Notes: generated by a model from the sequence alone, not told the origin. Counted from the first letter of the stretch, positions 1-13,510 are shown. The stretch is 64,000 nt of DNA from Octopus sinensis (GCF_006345805.1 NC_043010.1:12896001-12960000), one strand, 5' to 3'. Numbers and translations are program-made.

Positions 1-1851
1 GATTCGGACTAGCTTAAATTAGAATCCGATGGTTAAATTCTAATTTCCTTTCTTATATGCCTATCCATCTCATTCGTTCTCTCTCTCTCTCTTTCCTGTT
101 CTTCAAATATCAGTAAAAGAGATCTACAATTGACTTGTCTCTTTCCCGAAAATCCATCTAACACGATGCATACAATGGACTTGGCATAATAAAATCTTTC
201 TGTTTAGCGAAAAGTGTCTTCTAACTATATCATCATCTTCTCGACTTTCCAAACTACTTCAAATCATAGATTTCCACCATTACTAAATTGCAGAAAGAGC
301 TAACACCGAAGTTCTTTTTATCGACGAGTGTCTGCCGATATTCTTAAGAATATCTATATATTCAGACGGCTCGAAAATGTTATCTTCGCATTCTGGAGAT
401 AACCTTATGGCAAGTTCTACATCATAAAAAGCGAACGATAACTCTCTACGCTTGTTTCGCATGAGTTGAAAGTTGTGAGGTTATGTTTTGCAGCAGAACG
501 GAATGCCTGTGTTTTAACACGATTAAGTATCGATCTTTTCCTTTCGTATTGGTTGTATTTCTCCCAAACAGAAGAATTAAATGGCTTTGGCTAAAATACT
601 CGGCGCAACACCCCCACATACACACACACATAACTATGTTTGTGTTGGGTGTAGTTTAAAATTATTTCCTACGTTTGTTTTTACATTTATTCTTAGAAGT
701 GCCAAATCTCCTTCAGCAAGGAAGGAGAGAAGGTGTTTTTATTTATTTTTTAATCAATTCTTACATATCTAAAAACCTCTCGTAATAACCTAACGGGTTA
801 TTACTGTTACCTACATGATCAAGTAGCGTTGCCTGGCAATAAAACGCTTGTTCTGTTCTTTCTTATGCGAGTATGGCCGAACTTGGAACGAAGTTAATGC
901 TTGTTGTCAGACATTTCGCAGCTGAAGTACTTCAATTCACTATTTTTCACTGTGATGATACATGTAATACCTGATCTTATTCTAACACAGAAATTGTTGG
1001 GCGACTCATGTAAATGCAGTTTATTTCCTAACATCTATTTCTATCGAATGAATGACTGTTTTATCGCCTTCATTAAACCTGTTAAAAACCCAATAGACCA
1101 TTGAACTGATTCTTGAGAATTATCGTCTTCTTAACTGCTGCACTATTTTATTTATTTATTTATTTTTATTTATTTATATTTTATTCATCTATTTATTATT
1201 TTTTTTTTTTTGTTTAATAATATTTCAGAAATGTTATATTCGTGATTTAATAAAAGAAAATCAAACTGGTGAAGTGGTGAGCAAGAAATAAAATTTATAG
1301 TTGACATCCAGACGAATGTCTAAAAATAAAAATAAAAATAAAATAAATAGGAAAAAAAAAGAGAGTGAAAAAGAAGCAAAAGTATTGAATAAAATGTTAA
1401 ATTTGCTTTCTGACATTTAAACCTTTCTTTTTCTTTTATCTATAAACATCTCTCTTTTGTAAAACTTTACTACACATATTCTAAAGTGCAGTGAGTTAAA
1501 AAGAGAGAGAGAAGAGGGAAGGAGGGAAAGATAAAAGGAGAAAAAGAAAGAGAGATAAAAATAAGAGAGAGAGAGAAAAAGAAAGAGGGGGAGAGAAAAG
1601 AAAAAGAGATTGACAAATGTTTCTATGATCGAGTTCGAATCCATAGAATACCAATTAAGAATTTACCAAATGTTGCAAAAATCTCCTGGAGACCATGAAA
1701 GTATACTGGAGCAGTGATGTAGCCAAAGAAAGTGGAGCGATCTGCCCCGGACGATACTAATATAGAGAGGAAGGACACTTTAGGGTCCGATATATAAACC
1801 TCTATAGGCGGGGGGCAAATTTAAAGGCGGTCACGGCACAACAGTCTAGAT

Positions 1852-1950
1852 CAGTGGTTCTCAATCTTTTAAATATCCGGGCCAGATTAAAAACCTGGAA
1901 TTTTTTTAGGGGGCTGCACCAAAAATGTAAAACACAGGTCCGTTGCAGAA
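1852..1950 (+). mobile_element. hAT (Charlie/Buster-type) terminal fragment
   Basis: Begins CAGTGGTTCTCAA, a typical hAT-Charlie TIR, immediately after GTCTAGAT, which matches the NTCTAGAN target preference. The right end was not found. Confidence 0.55.
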
Positions 1951-2522
1951 AAGTTTACTATATTTATAGAGAAAAGACCGTCGAGGGCTACCGGGAGGAT
2001 GCTTGGTTCGGAAAAGTGGGTGGCGAGGCGAGATATATTTAATAACGAACCATGTAATTCACACTTTGGAAAATTTATTTCTGTAAAATGTTTTGTTTGC
2101 TTAAACACACAAAATATAGTCTATGAATTTAGGATGCTTTTGAAAGATAGTATATTTTATTATCGGAATACTTTCTCACACAATAATTAAGATATATTTA
2201 TTTTAAATTGCTTATTTATTTTAAATCGTTTATATTTATTTTAAATCGTTCATCTCCATAAAATTTCATAATAAAATTTCATAAAGGGATTTTGTCCGGC
2301 GCTTTACCGATTCTACCATCCTCTATGCCTTTGATTGCGATCAACGTCAATGAATGCCGAATGGATGGGAGTACAGGCTTTTTGCAAGTTAATTATGATG
2401 ATGAAGATATGATGAAGATATTGAAGACAGCGATGGTAATAGTAAGAGTCATTGCGGCAGTTATGGAAATAGCTTTAAAAAAATAAATAAATAAAACTGA
2501 GAAGTTGGCTGACTACAGTTAA

Positions 2523-2733
2523 CTCTTTTACTTGTTTCAGTCATTTGACTGCGGCCATGCTGGAGCACCACCTTTAGTCGAGCAAATCGACCCCGGGACT
2601 TATTCTTTTGTAAGCCCAGTACTTATTCTATCGGTCTCTTTTGCCGAACCGCTAAGTGACGGGGACATAAACACACCAGCATCGGTTGTCAAGCAATGCT
2701 AGGGGGACAAACACAGACGCACAAACATACACA

Positions 2734-2809
<76 letters not shown>

Positions 2810-2972
2810 TACGACGGGCTTCTTTCAGTTTCCGTCTACCAAATCCACTCACAAGGCTTTGGTCGGCCCGAGGCTATAGTAGAAGACACTTACCCAAGGT
2901 GCCACGCAGTGGGACTGAACCCGGTACCATGTGGTTGGTTAGCAAGCTACATACCACACAGCCACTCCTGCA
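2523..2972 (-). mobile_element. SINE family A, full length (tRNA-derived, internal TA microsatellite)
   Basis: Minus strand has a tRNA-like head (A-box TGGCTGTGTGG, B-box GGTTCAGTCCC), CORE-like CCTTGGGYAAGT, internal (TA)n/(TG)n and tail GACTGAAACAAGTAAAAGAG. More than 25 copies occur in the window. Confidence 0.9.
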
Positions 2973-3179
2973 CTTGCTATAGCATTGGTAATAGAAAACT
3001 GGATGTAATATACCAAATATTGCCGGGTTTTCAGTTTTTATTAAAAAAGACAATTGACAGTATTGAAAAAGGAATTTGTAACGACGATGAAACTTTATGA
3101 TGATGATGATGCGTCGGAGAAATAAATGAGTGAAGAACAATTAATTAATTATTAGGATGGTCATTTTATTATATATCAA

Positions 3180-3485
3180 CTAGCAGTATTGCCCGGCGTT
3201 GCTCGGGTTTGTAAGGGAAATAACTATATAAGCATTTTTAGAGAGTTACTTCCCTGATATAACCCGAGCAAAACTCATTAAAAATGCGGAAAAATGATGG
3301 TAATTTTTTTTTAAATCGTAGACTCATCGTAGACGCGCGCTAATACCCAGAAGGGCTCGATATGAATGACGACTATAAGATACCCGCTTTTGGTTAAACT
3401 GCACCGCAAAATGTGAGAGTAGTTAGGAATCTAAATCGAAGGAGACAGAGTCTCACACACACAACTTCAATTTTATATATAAAGA
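3180..3485 (-). mobile_element. Non-autonomous Helitron, copy 1
   Basis: Minus strand has 5' TC, 3' CTAG, insertion between A and T, and subterminal hairpin CCCGAGCAACGCCGGG. Homologous to the copies at 45778 and 50205. Confidence 0.85.
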
Positions 3486-4099
3486 TTATAATGCCATTAC
3501 AATGTATAAGATTAACGACGTCGTCGGGTCGTTGTGTGTACACAAATTACTTTGTTTTAGTAAAATATTTTCTGCGGATCCATGGTTCAGTGTGTACGCG
3601 AGTAGTTTAGTTTTGAAGTGGAATATTCAGCAATCATCCGCATGTCGCGATTCGATGGAATGTTGCTCAAATGATCAGCGAATCTGACCAATCGCGAATT
3701 CGCCTGGGAAGAATATTACTCACGTGATCAACAAAATCTAGCTAATCTTGACTTCGTGTAGAACAGGCTCCGGCACTACCGTAGCTGCTGGAGGCAATGT
3801 TTTTTTTTTGTGGGGTCCGGGGGCAGCAAACAGAAGGGCCGCACAGGGCGGCACACACTCTAGCTACCAAAGTGGGCTCCAGTATTTGAAACTGGTACTA
3901 CTCAAGAAGAGTGGTTCCGGTGCGCGCACTCGCACATCCGTGCTAGCTAGGCGTCACTAGTCGATCCTTACTTTGTGTTTTTGCTTTATTTACTTTGTTT
4001 TAAAAAATTATTTACTTTCTGTTTTTGTTTTATTTACTTAGTTTAAAAAAAATTATTTACTTTGTATAAAAAAAATTATTTATTTTGTGTTTTATTTAC

Positions 4100-4497
4100 T
4101 TGTTTGTCCCGTGTTTAGCCCCTTGTGGTAGTAAAGAATTAGGTATTTCGTCTGCCGTATGTTCTGAGTTCAAATTCCGCCGAGGTCGACTTTGCCTTTC
4201 ATCCTTTCGGGGTCGATAAATTAAGTACCAGTTACGCACTGGGGTCGATATAATCGACTTAATCCGTTTGTCCTCTCTGTGTTTAGCCCCCTGTGGGTAG
4301 TAAAGAAATAAGTATTTCGTCTGCTGTTACGTTCTGAGTTCAAATTCCACCGATGTCGACTTTGCCTTTCATCCTTTCGGGGTCGATTAAATAAGTACCA
4401 GTTACGCACTGGGGTCAATGTAAATCGACTTAATACCTTTGTCTGTCCTTGTTTGTCCTCTCTATGCTTAGCCCCTTGTGGGTAATAAAGAAATAAG
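4100..4497 (+). mobile_element. SINE family B, head-to-tail multimer (Meta-domain-like)
   Basis: One partial unit plus two units of about 175 bp. B-box GAGTTCAAATTC and central GACTTTGCCTTTCATCCTTTCGGGGTCGATAAATTAAGTACCAG, which resembles the MetaSINE domain. Confidence 0.85.
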
Positions 4498-5319
4498 AAT
4501 AAGTACCAGGTTTAGAAAAAGGTACTGGAGTGGATTCGCTCGACTAAAAGCCTTCAAGGTGGTGCCCAAGCATGGCCGCAGTCCAATGACCGAAACGAGT
4601 AAAAGAGAAAAGATAAAAGTAGATGCATTAATAAGTAGATGTTTCGCGACATCAAAACCGGCAATAAACTGAAGCTCCAGCCTCTTCTAAGCGACAGAAA
4701 ATTAAGTAAAGAATAAGATTTTACAGCTTTGACTCTATACTGGAACCGAGAATGAAAACCAGCTCACTTGATATGCACGAAAAATATTCAAACAAAGATA
4801 GAAAAGCTCGATAAAAATATGCTCTTGTGCTTACTAAAAACCTCCGAAGTTATTGGAATGAATATTTATGTCTCTTCCGGAATATAGAGATATAATATCT
4901 GTAAACCAGTTAAAAATCTAAATGATCTGTTATAATATTCGATTGGGCAAATAGAGTAATAATATGGATGAGAAAAGAAAATGTGGTAAAACAGCCGTCG
5001 CATAACATTTTCAAATGATGCAATTTTACCATACAAGCGCAAAGCAAGTTGTAGCAACATTTACTGCTTGTGTGTGTGTGCGTGGATATATAAGATAAAA
5101 AGGTCATTTCTTTCTTTCTAAATCGCTTTAAAACAAAATAAAGTAAAATAAAATGATGTAACTTAGGCACGATTCTGTCATTTGGGAGATATGAATTCGA
5201 AAGAAATTTACAAGACTGCTTGCTATGCGCGTGTATATCTGTATACAAATGCCATTGTATGAGCGTAGTGTTGGTTAGTGCGTGCATGCGGGTGAAACGA
5301 AAGGTTATTAATGTATATG

Positions 5320-5700
5320 TGTGGTCTACCACTGAAAGACAACTTATTGCCGAAGATATTAAAGGAAAGGAAATTAGCTGGAAACGTTGCGTTGGTATTT
5401 TTACTGGCAGTATAAGATTAATGGCACACCTCGAAGTCATGGCACGGAGCGACAAAGTAGTTTTTGATATTACCTGATCGAATTGTATTATTCACTGACA
5501 GACGCTGCCTTCTAAAACATGTCCGCACTAAAAGCGCTGTTCGATATGCTACTAACGGCATTACACCTTTTTATCAGCTTTGCATTATAACTTACCACAT
5601 TAGAAGGAGGCTACTTTTTACTGATAATCGCAGAATGGCTTTTCCAGAATAACATGACCGAAACTTGTTATTTAATTTGAGTTATTTAATTATTTTGTCA
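5320..5700 (+). pseudogene. Decayed hAT (Buster/Charlie-like) transposase fragment
   Basis: Translates to ISWKRCVGIFTGSIRLMA (compare W..CVGICTDGA..M) and NCIIH*QTLPSK (compare HCIIHREALASK), with stops and frameshifts. Confidence 0.65.
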
Positions 5701-6403
5701 GTTTTTCAAAATATATCGCTGCAGTCGTAAGAGTCAAGTAGTTTGGTCCAAAGATACAGACAACTTTTGTATACTACAATTTCCTAGCTATAGTAAAATA
5801 TCAGTCTCTGAAAGCGTTGTTAGTTGGTTCAATTCCCATTAATACTTTAATTTTATCCATCAATATAAATCTCAGTCAAAAGAAAATCGTTTAATACAAT
5901 GAATAAAGAGCTTTTCAGACAAAGTCATTAGTTCTCATAATCATGTTACGCCACATAAATTTCTGTGATACTAGTTCATGATTGAGCGTAAATTAATTTA
6001 TCTGACCGTTATTAATTTATAAGCTTCAATTGATATATTGAAAAAAAAAAAGGTAGAGACAAAAATAGAAGCTGAAATTCACGTTAAATATTATTCGACA
6101 TTTCACTTGTCATATTTTTTATTGTTTTGTTTCAAGACTGACAATTTTTTAACCGTTAATATCCAGGTAAATATCACCTCACATTTTAATTGTAACTTTA
6201 TACTATCTGAAAAATAGTTGATTAACGAATACATGATGTAACTGATAACAAGAAAATAAAGGCATGTCTGCTCTAAAGCCTATTTTGCAGAAAGATTGTG
6301 ACTAAGATGCCTTGTTCGTAGTTTTGGGGTTTGTTTTAACAAGTGCAAGCAGTGGTACCTGAAAATGCCCGGGTATTGTGTCGAATACAAAGCACTAAAG
6401 GAT

Positions 6404-7021
6404 ATGTATGTATGTATGTATGTGTGTGTGTGTTGTATGTATGTATGTATGTATGTATGTATGTATGTATGTATGTATGGATGGATGGATGCATGCATGC
6501 ATGCATACATACATACATACATACACACACACATATATACATACACACATACATACATACACACATACAAACACACACACACATACATACAAACACACAT
6601 ACATACATACATACATACATACATACATACATACATACAGCCGAAATCCGCGATGAGGAATCAGTTTCTGACTGAAGAACGAAGGCTTTGAATGACCCGT
6701 TTGTCTTTTTGTTCGTCCCTTCGTGTATTTCACGTTATTTATTTATGTAAAGGTTTATTACATACATACATACATACATACATACACACACACATACAAA
6801 CACACACACAAACACACATACACACATACATACATACATACATACATACATACATACATACACACACACATACAAACACACACACAAACACACATACACA
6901 CATACATACATACATAATTCATACACACATACATACATACATACATACATACATACATACATACATACATACATACATACATACATACATACATACATAC
7001 ATACATGCATACATACATACA
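6404..7021. repeat. (TATG)n/(CATA)n compound microsatellites
   Basis: Seen directly. A non-microsatellite insert of about 120 bp lies at 6639-6759. Confidence 0.95.
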
Positions 7022-7584
7022 TTAAATGGAAGCTAATATACTAAACCGTCGCTGAGTGTTACTATCTCACTACTTCTAAACAGATATCTCTGAGATCTTT
7101 TTGTAATACTTCAGTAATGAAGATAAAAGAAATATTCTTTTATAAACCTGGCATGAATTCATGCAGAGTTTTTTGAAATGATAATGAAACTCGACAATAG
7201 ATTAATTGAAGTATAATTCGGAGACACTTCTAGAGGTGAAATGCAGACGACACTTCAACCAGAATTAAATCTACTACGAAGTATCTTAGAAGGTCACCCA
7301 AGAAATTGTTTTCAACAAACGGTTTCTTTGGGGGTGTTTGTTTTTCGGTTTCACCTAACCATATATAGACATATACGGTTAGATGTATGTAGATATATAA
7401 ATGGTCCTTGAAATCCTTAGATATGGTTAAAAATTTAGAAATCAATATTGAATTAAGGCATATCAAGTATTATTTAATGTTGCAGTCAATATAAATCTGC
7501 AACTGTTTCCAAATCTTTACATTTTCCAGTGGGAATAATCTGCAGTCAAAAAGAAACACTGCCACAGAATATGACGTTGCTTTG

Positions 7585-7951
7585 TTTGTTGAGCGAAGCG
7601 GTCTTCGTCCCAGTAGTGGGAGAAGTCCGAAACGTGGTCCTTTGCTATTCGTAAGACCCGCAGAAGAGAAAGCAGGTCAACCCCCGACACCGAGAGCATC
7701 GACGGATGGATGAATGCGCATCCAGGCTCAGCGGTTGCGTAGGAAGTCTGGGACAAGAAACAGGAAGAAAGAGTGAGAGAAAGTTGGAGCAAAAGAGTAC
7801 AACAGGGGTCGCCACCACCCCCTGCCGGAGCATCGTGGAGCTTTAGGTGTTTTCGCTCAATAAACACACGCAACGCCCGACCTGGGAATCGAAACCGCGA
7901 TCCTCCGACCACGAGTCCGCTGCCTTAACCATTGGGCCATTGCGCCTCCAC
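7585..7951 (-). mobile_element. SINE family C (tRNA-derived) with 13-bp TSD
   Basis: Head GTGGAGGCGCAATGGCCCAATGGTTAAGGCAGCGGACTCG...GGTTTCGATTCCC. TSD TGACGTTGCTTTG at 7572-7584 and 7952-7964. Confidence 0.9.
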
Positions 7952-8504
7952 TGACGTTGCTTTGATCAGAACGCTAGAGCTCAGGGTTCCTTCCAAATCT
8001 GAAACCACTGTTTTTTTTCTTTAACTACCCGTTGTTAGTTAAAGATAAGAGACACAGTTGGTTGTGAAATACATGCCGCAGTCCTTCTGAAATTGAATTC
8101 AATGTAAATTGTATTATAAAAGTCCACTCAAGAAGAGTTTTGCCACAAATTGTTCAGGAGGAAGTTTTTTTCAAACCACTGCTACCATCACCTTCTTTCC
8201 TCATGCCACCACCTTTGTCTCTCTCTTTCTGTCTGTCTCTCTCTCTCACTATTCGAGGGAGAGAGAGAGAGAGAAGGGGAGGGGGGAACTGCCTTATCAC
8301 GTCTACTTCAATTCGTCTGCTTTCATATTCTTTCCCAACCTACACTTAGGCGGAGTTTGAAAGAGATTTTGCTCTGTTTCTCAAAATAATATCTTATACG
8401 AACTTTCTACGTGATATAGCGAAAAATAATATATGTGGTCTTGTTGTGTTCGTTTGTAGTTTCCGAATACAAGGCGGACAAGCGCGAACACACACGCACA
8501 ATTC

Positions 8505-8505
<1 letters not shown>

Positions 8506-8550
<45 letters not shown>

Positions 8551-8590
8551 ACAGACAGACAGACTGACTGACAGATAGACAGACAGAAAG

Positions 8591-8636
<46 letters not shown>

Positions 8637-8672
8637 TGACAGACAGACAGACTGACTGACAGATAGACAGAC

Positions 8673-8735
<63 letters not shown>

Positions 8736-8742
8736 CAGACAT

Positions 8743-8796
<54 letters not shown>

Positions 8797-8815
8797 GATA
8801 GATAGATAGACAGAC

Positions 8816-8874
<59 letters not shown>

Positions 8875-8881
8875 CAAACAT

Positions 8882-8977
<96 letters not shown>
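8506..8977. repeat. (AGAT)n/(AG)n/(AGAC)n microsatellite
   Basis: Seen directly. Source of the YLSI-repeat pseudo-ORFs. Confidence 0.95.
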
Positions 8978-11053
8978 CTTATTCGGCAAATACATTTACT
9001 AAGACAGACAGACATGCATGATAGATTATTCAACAAGTATATCTACTAATACAGGCATAAGTTTCTAGTGACTAATGGTTACATAGTCATGTATTATTCA
9101 CAGACACATATTGATGGCTTTTGGCGCTCAGTCGAGATTTGAAACTAGATGCCGATAGCAATTCACCAAGAGCTCACGTCTGATTAAGTTCAAAAACACA
9201 CTACAGCAATAAAAACATTGAGTTTGAAGCATACGAATTAATAGTTTCCTTTCCACAATTTTTGACTAAAACAAACTAAGTTAATTAGTAGCAATTTTAA
9301 TGGAACGATCACATTAAAATTATTTCCAATAAGAGTATTGGTGAGCGCCATAAAGTAAGAATTAGGATTGACTTCTATGCGAGTGTACTACCTGGGGTTC
9401 GATTAGCAGTTAAAGCCATTTATCTTCACTTAAACAACCTCGTTCCCCTATCTTGCGAATGTGTGGTCTTCTATCTAAATCAGAAATCGATATTGTAGTC
9501 AAGTCTGGGGCCATAACTCTCTACAGCTTTTATAGACTAAGTTGAAAGGCAAAAGTGGAACCACTTAAAGTGTGCCAGGCAGTCGGTTTTCTAGAAAATG
9601 GACGCCACAAATTGAATGAAAAATTAATGTCTTTACAACAAAATATTAAAGTTGAAAGGAAACAGCAAAGCACTAGACGTGAAAGTTAGAATAAAACCAG
9701 TTATCATACTGTCTCTGGCTCTCCCTTTCTCTTTCTCTCCTTTTCTCTTTCTCTCCTTTTCTCTTTCTCTCCTTTTCTCTCTCTCCCGCACGCTCTTTTC
9801 TTTCTTTCTCTCTCTCTCTCTCTCACACACACACCTATACACAAACACACACATTCTCCGTAATAGCTTGTATTCTTCAAGAACTTTGCAATTAACCAAC
9901 GTACGAGACTCTTTGATTGTGACTTGTAACTTATTTTCAAATATTTTGTTTTAGATTAGAAGAAGCAGGTGACGTTGAAAAACAACTTTCACTATTGGTA
10001 CAATTTAGTCTCACAGTTCAATTAGCGACGAGGTGTCTTTCTGGGTTCTATGTCTAACATTTATTGGAAAACTAACAAACACGTTCTATTCTTTATGTTC
10101 ATAATCGATATTGTGTCTTTCCTTCTAATATAAATCCATAATGAAAGTAATTGGTTATTGAACACAGGCTGCATATTCAACGCAACTTTATATGTGATGT
10201 TTCTGAAAATGTGGCTGAGATATTTTTTCATTTTTTTCATATCTATTTTTTCTTTTTTGTCTTTACTTTTCTTCTTTCTTTTTTTTTTTTGTCTCTTAAA
10301 TGAAAATGTGTTGTTTTTGATCAAATATTTGTACAAACACGTACGTCGAATATGAAAATATATTTGATTGGAATATTAAAATTTTGAGTGGTATTCGGAA
10401 ATAATTAATATTTTCTTTGATTGAACAAGACATTTTACACCTTGGATTTGATATCGAAGTATTGATAACGATCTCTGTCAATATTCAATCGATCACAATA
10501 ATTTCCAAAATGATTTTTAGAGAATAGTCTAGAATTTTAGAAATTTGAATATGGAAATCATTTGCATTTATTTTGTTTCTCATTTAACGTAAGCAAAGCA
10601 AAGGTGTCACCGACTATTAGCTCTAAGTGATTATATACAATTAGGATGCCAAACATCTCTGATGAAGTGATTTAAGTTCCACCGCTCTACAAGTGGTGCG
10701 GTTAATACAGCAATTAAAGAAAATTGCTCAACATATTTTACATCTTCAAACGAACGAAATATAGGCTTGAAATATTTCTAAGTTTTATTTCCTGATTACC
10801 AACGATGGGGACGGGGAGACAGAGTTGATTTGAGCTTCAATTCTTCACATTCTTGCGTTCTTTTACTAATTTCACTCCGATTGAAGCGCAACCATTGTGA
10901 GATGCCGCCGCAAAGAACGATTCTAGTTGAAAATATCGACTTTAGTTCTTGCTTCTGTCTGGTGCTTATTTTATTGAACTCTGTATGTTGAACTGCTGGG
11001 TTACAGATCACATACGAACACAGTATAAATTCATACATATATACACATTATAT

Positions 11054-11278
11054 ATTTCTTTACTGCCCACAAGGGGCTAAACACAGAGGGGACAAACAAG
11101 GACAGACAAACGGATTAAGTCGATTACATCGACCCCAGTGCTTAACTGGTACTTAATTTATCGACCCCGAAAGGATGAAAGGCAAAGTCGACCTCGGCGG
11201 AATTTGAACTCAGAATGTAGCAGCAGACGAAATACTGCTAAGCATTTCGCCCGGCGTGCTAACGTTTCTGCCAGCTCA
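11054..11278 (-). mobile_element. SINE family B, full length
   Basis: Reverse complement of the family B consensus, from head GAGCTGGCAGAAACGTTAGC to tail GTAAAGAAATA. Confidence 0.9.
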
Positions 11279-11369
11279 CAGATCTTATTCCCTGTTGGCA
11301 TCACTCTTGAAGGTGTTTCTTGGAAGTGTTTTGATCATGTTCTTTCACAATTTACTAATATTTTATCTT

Positions 11370-11559
11370 TTATCTTCTTCTTGTTTCAGTCATTTGACTG
11401 TGGCCATACTGGAGCACCACCTTGAAGAATTTGTTTATCGAATGGATTGATCCCAGTAATTATTTCTTTTAAACCTGATATCCTATTAGTCTCTGTTGTC
11501 TAATCGCTAAGTTAAGGGGATGTAAACACACAAACACCAGGACAAACACAAACACAAAG

Positions 11560-11612
<53 letters not shown>

Positions 11613-11768
11613 GGGCTTCTTTTAGTTTCCATCTACCAAATCTATTCTCAAGGCTTTGGTTGGTCCAAGGCTGTAGTATACGGCATATACCCAAGATACC
11701 ACACAGTGGTACTGAACCCAGAATGATGTGGGTGGGAAGCAAGCTCCTTACCACACAGCCATGCCAGT
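11370..11768 (-). mobile_element. SINE family A, diverged
   Basis: Aligns by eye with 2523-2972. Confidence 0.85.
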
Positions 11769-11772
11769 GCTT

Positions 11773-12000
11773 GGCAGCGAGCTGGCAGAAACGTTAGCAC
11801 CCCAGGCGAAATGCGTAGCCGCATTTCGTCTGCCGTTATGTCCTGAGTTCAAATTCTGCTGTGGTCGACTTTGCCTTTCATCCTTTCAGGGTCGATAAAT
11901 TAAGTACCAGATAGGCACTGGGGTCGATATAATCGACTTAATCCCTTTGTCTGTCCTTGTTTGTCCCCTCTGTGTTTAGCCCCCTGTGGGTAGTAAAGAA
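11773..12000 (+). mobile_element. SINE family B, full length
   Basis: Runs from GGCAGCGAGCTGGCAGAAACG to GTAGTAAAGAAATA. Confidence 0.9.
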
Positions 12001-12011
12001 ATATATATATC

Positions 12012-12417
12012 TCTCTTTTACTCTTTTACTTGTTTCAGTCATTTGACTGCGGCCATGTTGGAGCACCACCTTTAGTCAAGCAAATCGACCCCAGTACTTA
12101 TTCTTTATAAGCCCAGTACTTATTCTATTGGTCTCTTTTGCTGAACCGCTAAGTGACGGGGACGTAAACACACCAGCATCGGTTGTCAAGCAATGCTAGG
12201 GGGACAAACACAGACACACAAACACACACACATACATATATATACATATATACGACAGGCTTCTTTCAGTTTCCGTCTACCAAATCCACTCACAAGGCAT
12301 TGGTCGGCCCGGAGATATAGCAGAAGACACTTGCCCAAGATGCCACGCAGTGGGACTGAACCCAGAACCATGTGGTTGGTTAGCAAGCTACTTACCACAC
12401 AGCCACTCCTGCGCCTA
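12012..12417 (-). mobile_element. SINE family A
   Basis: Full-length copy. Confidence 0.9.
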
Positions 12418-13186
12418 TACATATATGTATTAAAATATTTCTTTCTCTTCCTTTTTTACAAGATTTAATTTTGACTGTCGGCTTCACCCATGGAAATATT
12501 GTGATTGTGTTCTTTCACAATTTGCTAACATGATACATTGGCCAACTGGTTTCAGTTACACGATGTAACATAAGCCATAATTACAAATGCTTTAGTGCTG
12601 CGTGAATCACAAAAATTCTACCCATTGTTATGATATATATATCTATATATATATTAATCATCTGTTTGGTTATAAAAAAAAATCTGCATACAATCAAATT
12701 TAGTATGAACTTTAACTTTGATGCAGCAATATTGATTTTTGACATAATCTCATGGCATAGCTAGAATGTGTGCCCCCAGGGCAGCTGCTTAGTTAGCCAC
12801 CTCCCTTTTTCCTATACAGCCTGTACAGACTTATACAGCAGACCCAAAAAAGTGGTGTCCCCCACCCATAAAAGCATTGCCCAGGACAGACGCCTCATCC
12901 ACCCTCATCCACCTCACTATCCGAAGCTATGTTACTGCTATAATGACAAGATCTCAAATTTGTGTGTAATGCATAATCCAGAATTTGGATTAAAGATTAC
13001 AAACTGGCCTTTTTTTTCTGGTTTATTGACCTTGAATGCATGGAATAGGGAATGCTGACTAAGTCAGGATTTGAACTCGGAATGTTAAGAACTGTAACTA
13101 AATACCACAAGATATTTATTTTGTTTGATCTTCTTATAATTCTGCTATGTGGTTCAAGTAGTAATACATTGAAATATTTTCATCTT

Positions 13187-13510
13187 GAAGGTGGCAAGCT
13201 GGCAGACACGTTAGGTCAACTTTGCCTTTCATCCTTTCAGGGTCAAAAACTTAGGTACCAGTTGCATACTGGGGTTGGTCTAATCGACTGGCACCCTCCC
13301 CCAAAATTTTGGGTCTTGTGCCTAGAGTAGAAAAGAATATCAAGGCAGTGAGCTGGCAGAAACGTTAGCATGTCGGGCAAAATGCTTAGCGGTATTTCAT
13401 CTGTCTTTACATTCTGAGTTCAAATTCTGCCAAGGTCAACTTTGCCTTTCATCCTTATGGGGTCGATAAATTAAGTACCAGTTGCATATTGGGGTTGATC
13501 TAATCGACTG
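13187..13510 (+). mobile_element. Two SINE family B-related copies (partial)
   Basis: Head and Meta-like domain appear twice. The first copy has a different 3' tail (CCCCAAAATTTTGGGTCTTGTGCCTAGAGTAGAAAAG). Confidence 0.75.

Noticed and set aside
2686-3100. Recurrent ORFs such as ASFSFRLPNPLTRLWSARGYSRRHLPK suggesting a gene family
   Set aside because: Antisense translations of SINE A. The frames are not preserved between copies.
4100-4497. CRISPR-like or regularly spaced repeat array
   Set aside because: Units are ~175-bp SINE copies with no unique spacers, there are no cas genes, and the context is eukaryotic.
8381-9036. Long YLSI-repeat ORFs, and the many YI/CV/HT ORFs elsewhere
   Set aside because: Translations of microsatellites.
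10655-10710. CTGATGA box as a hammerhead or C/D snoRNA
   Set aside because: No downstream GAAA with pairing stems and no convincing terminal stem.
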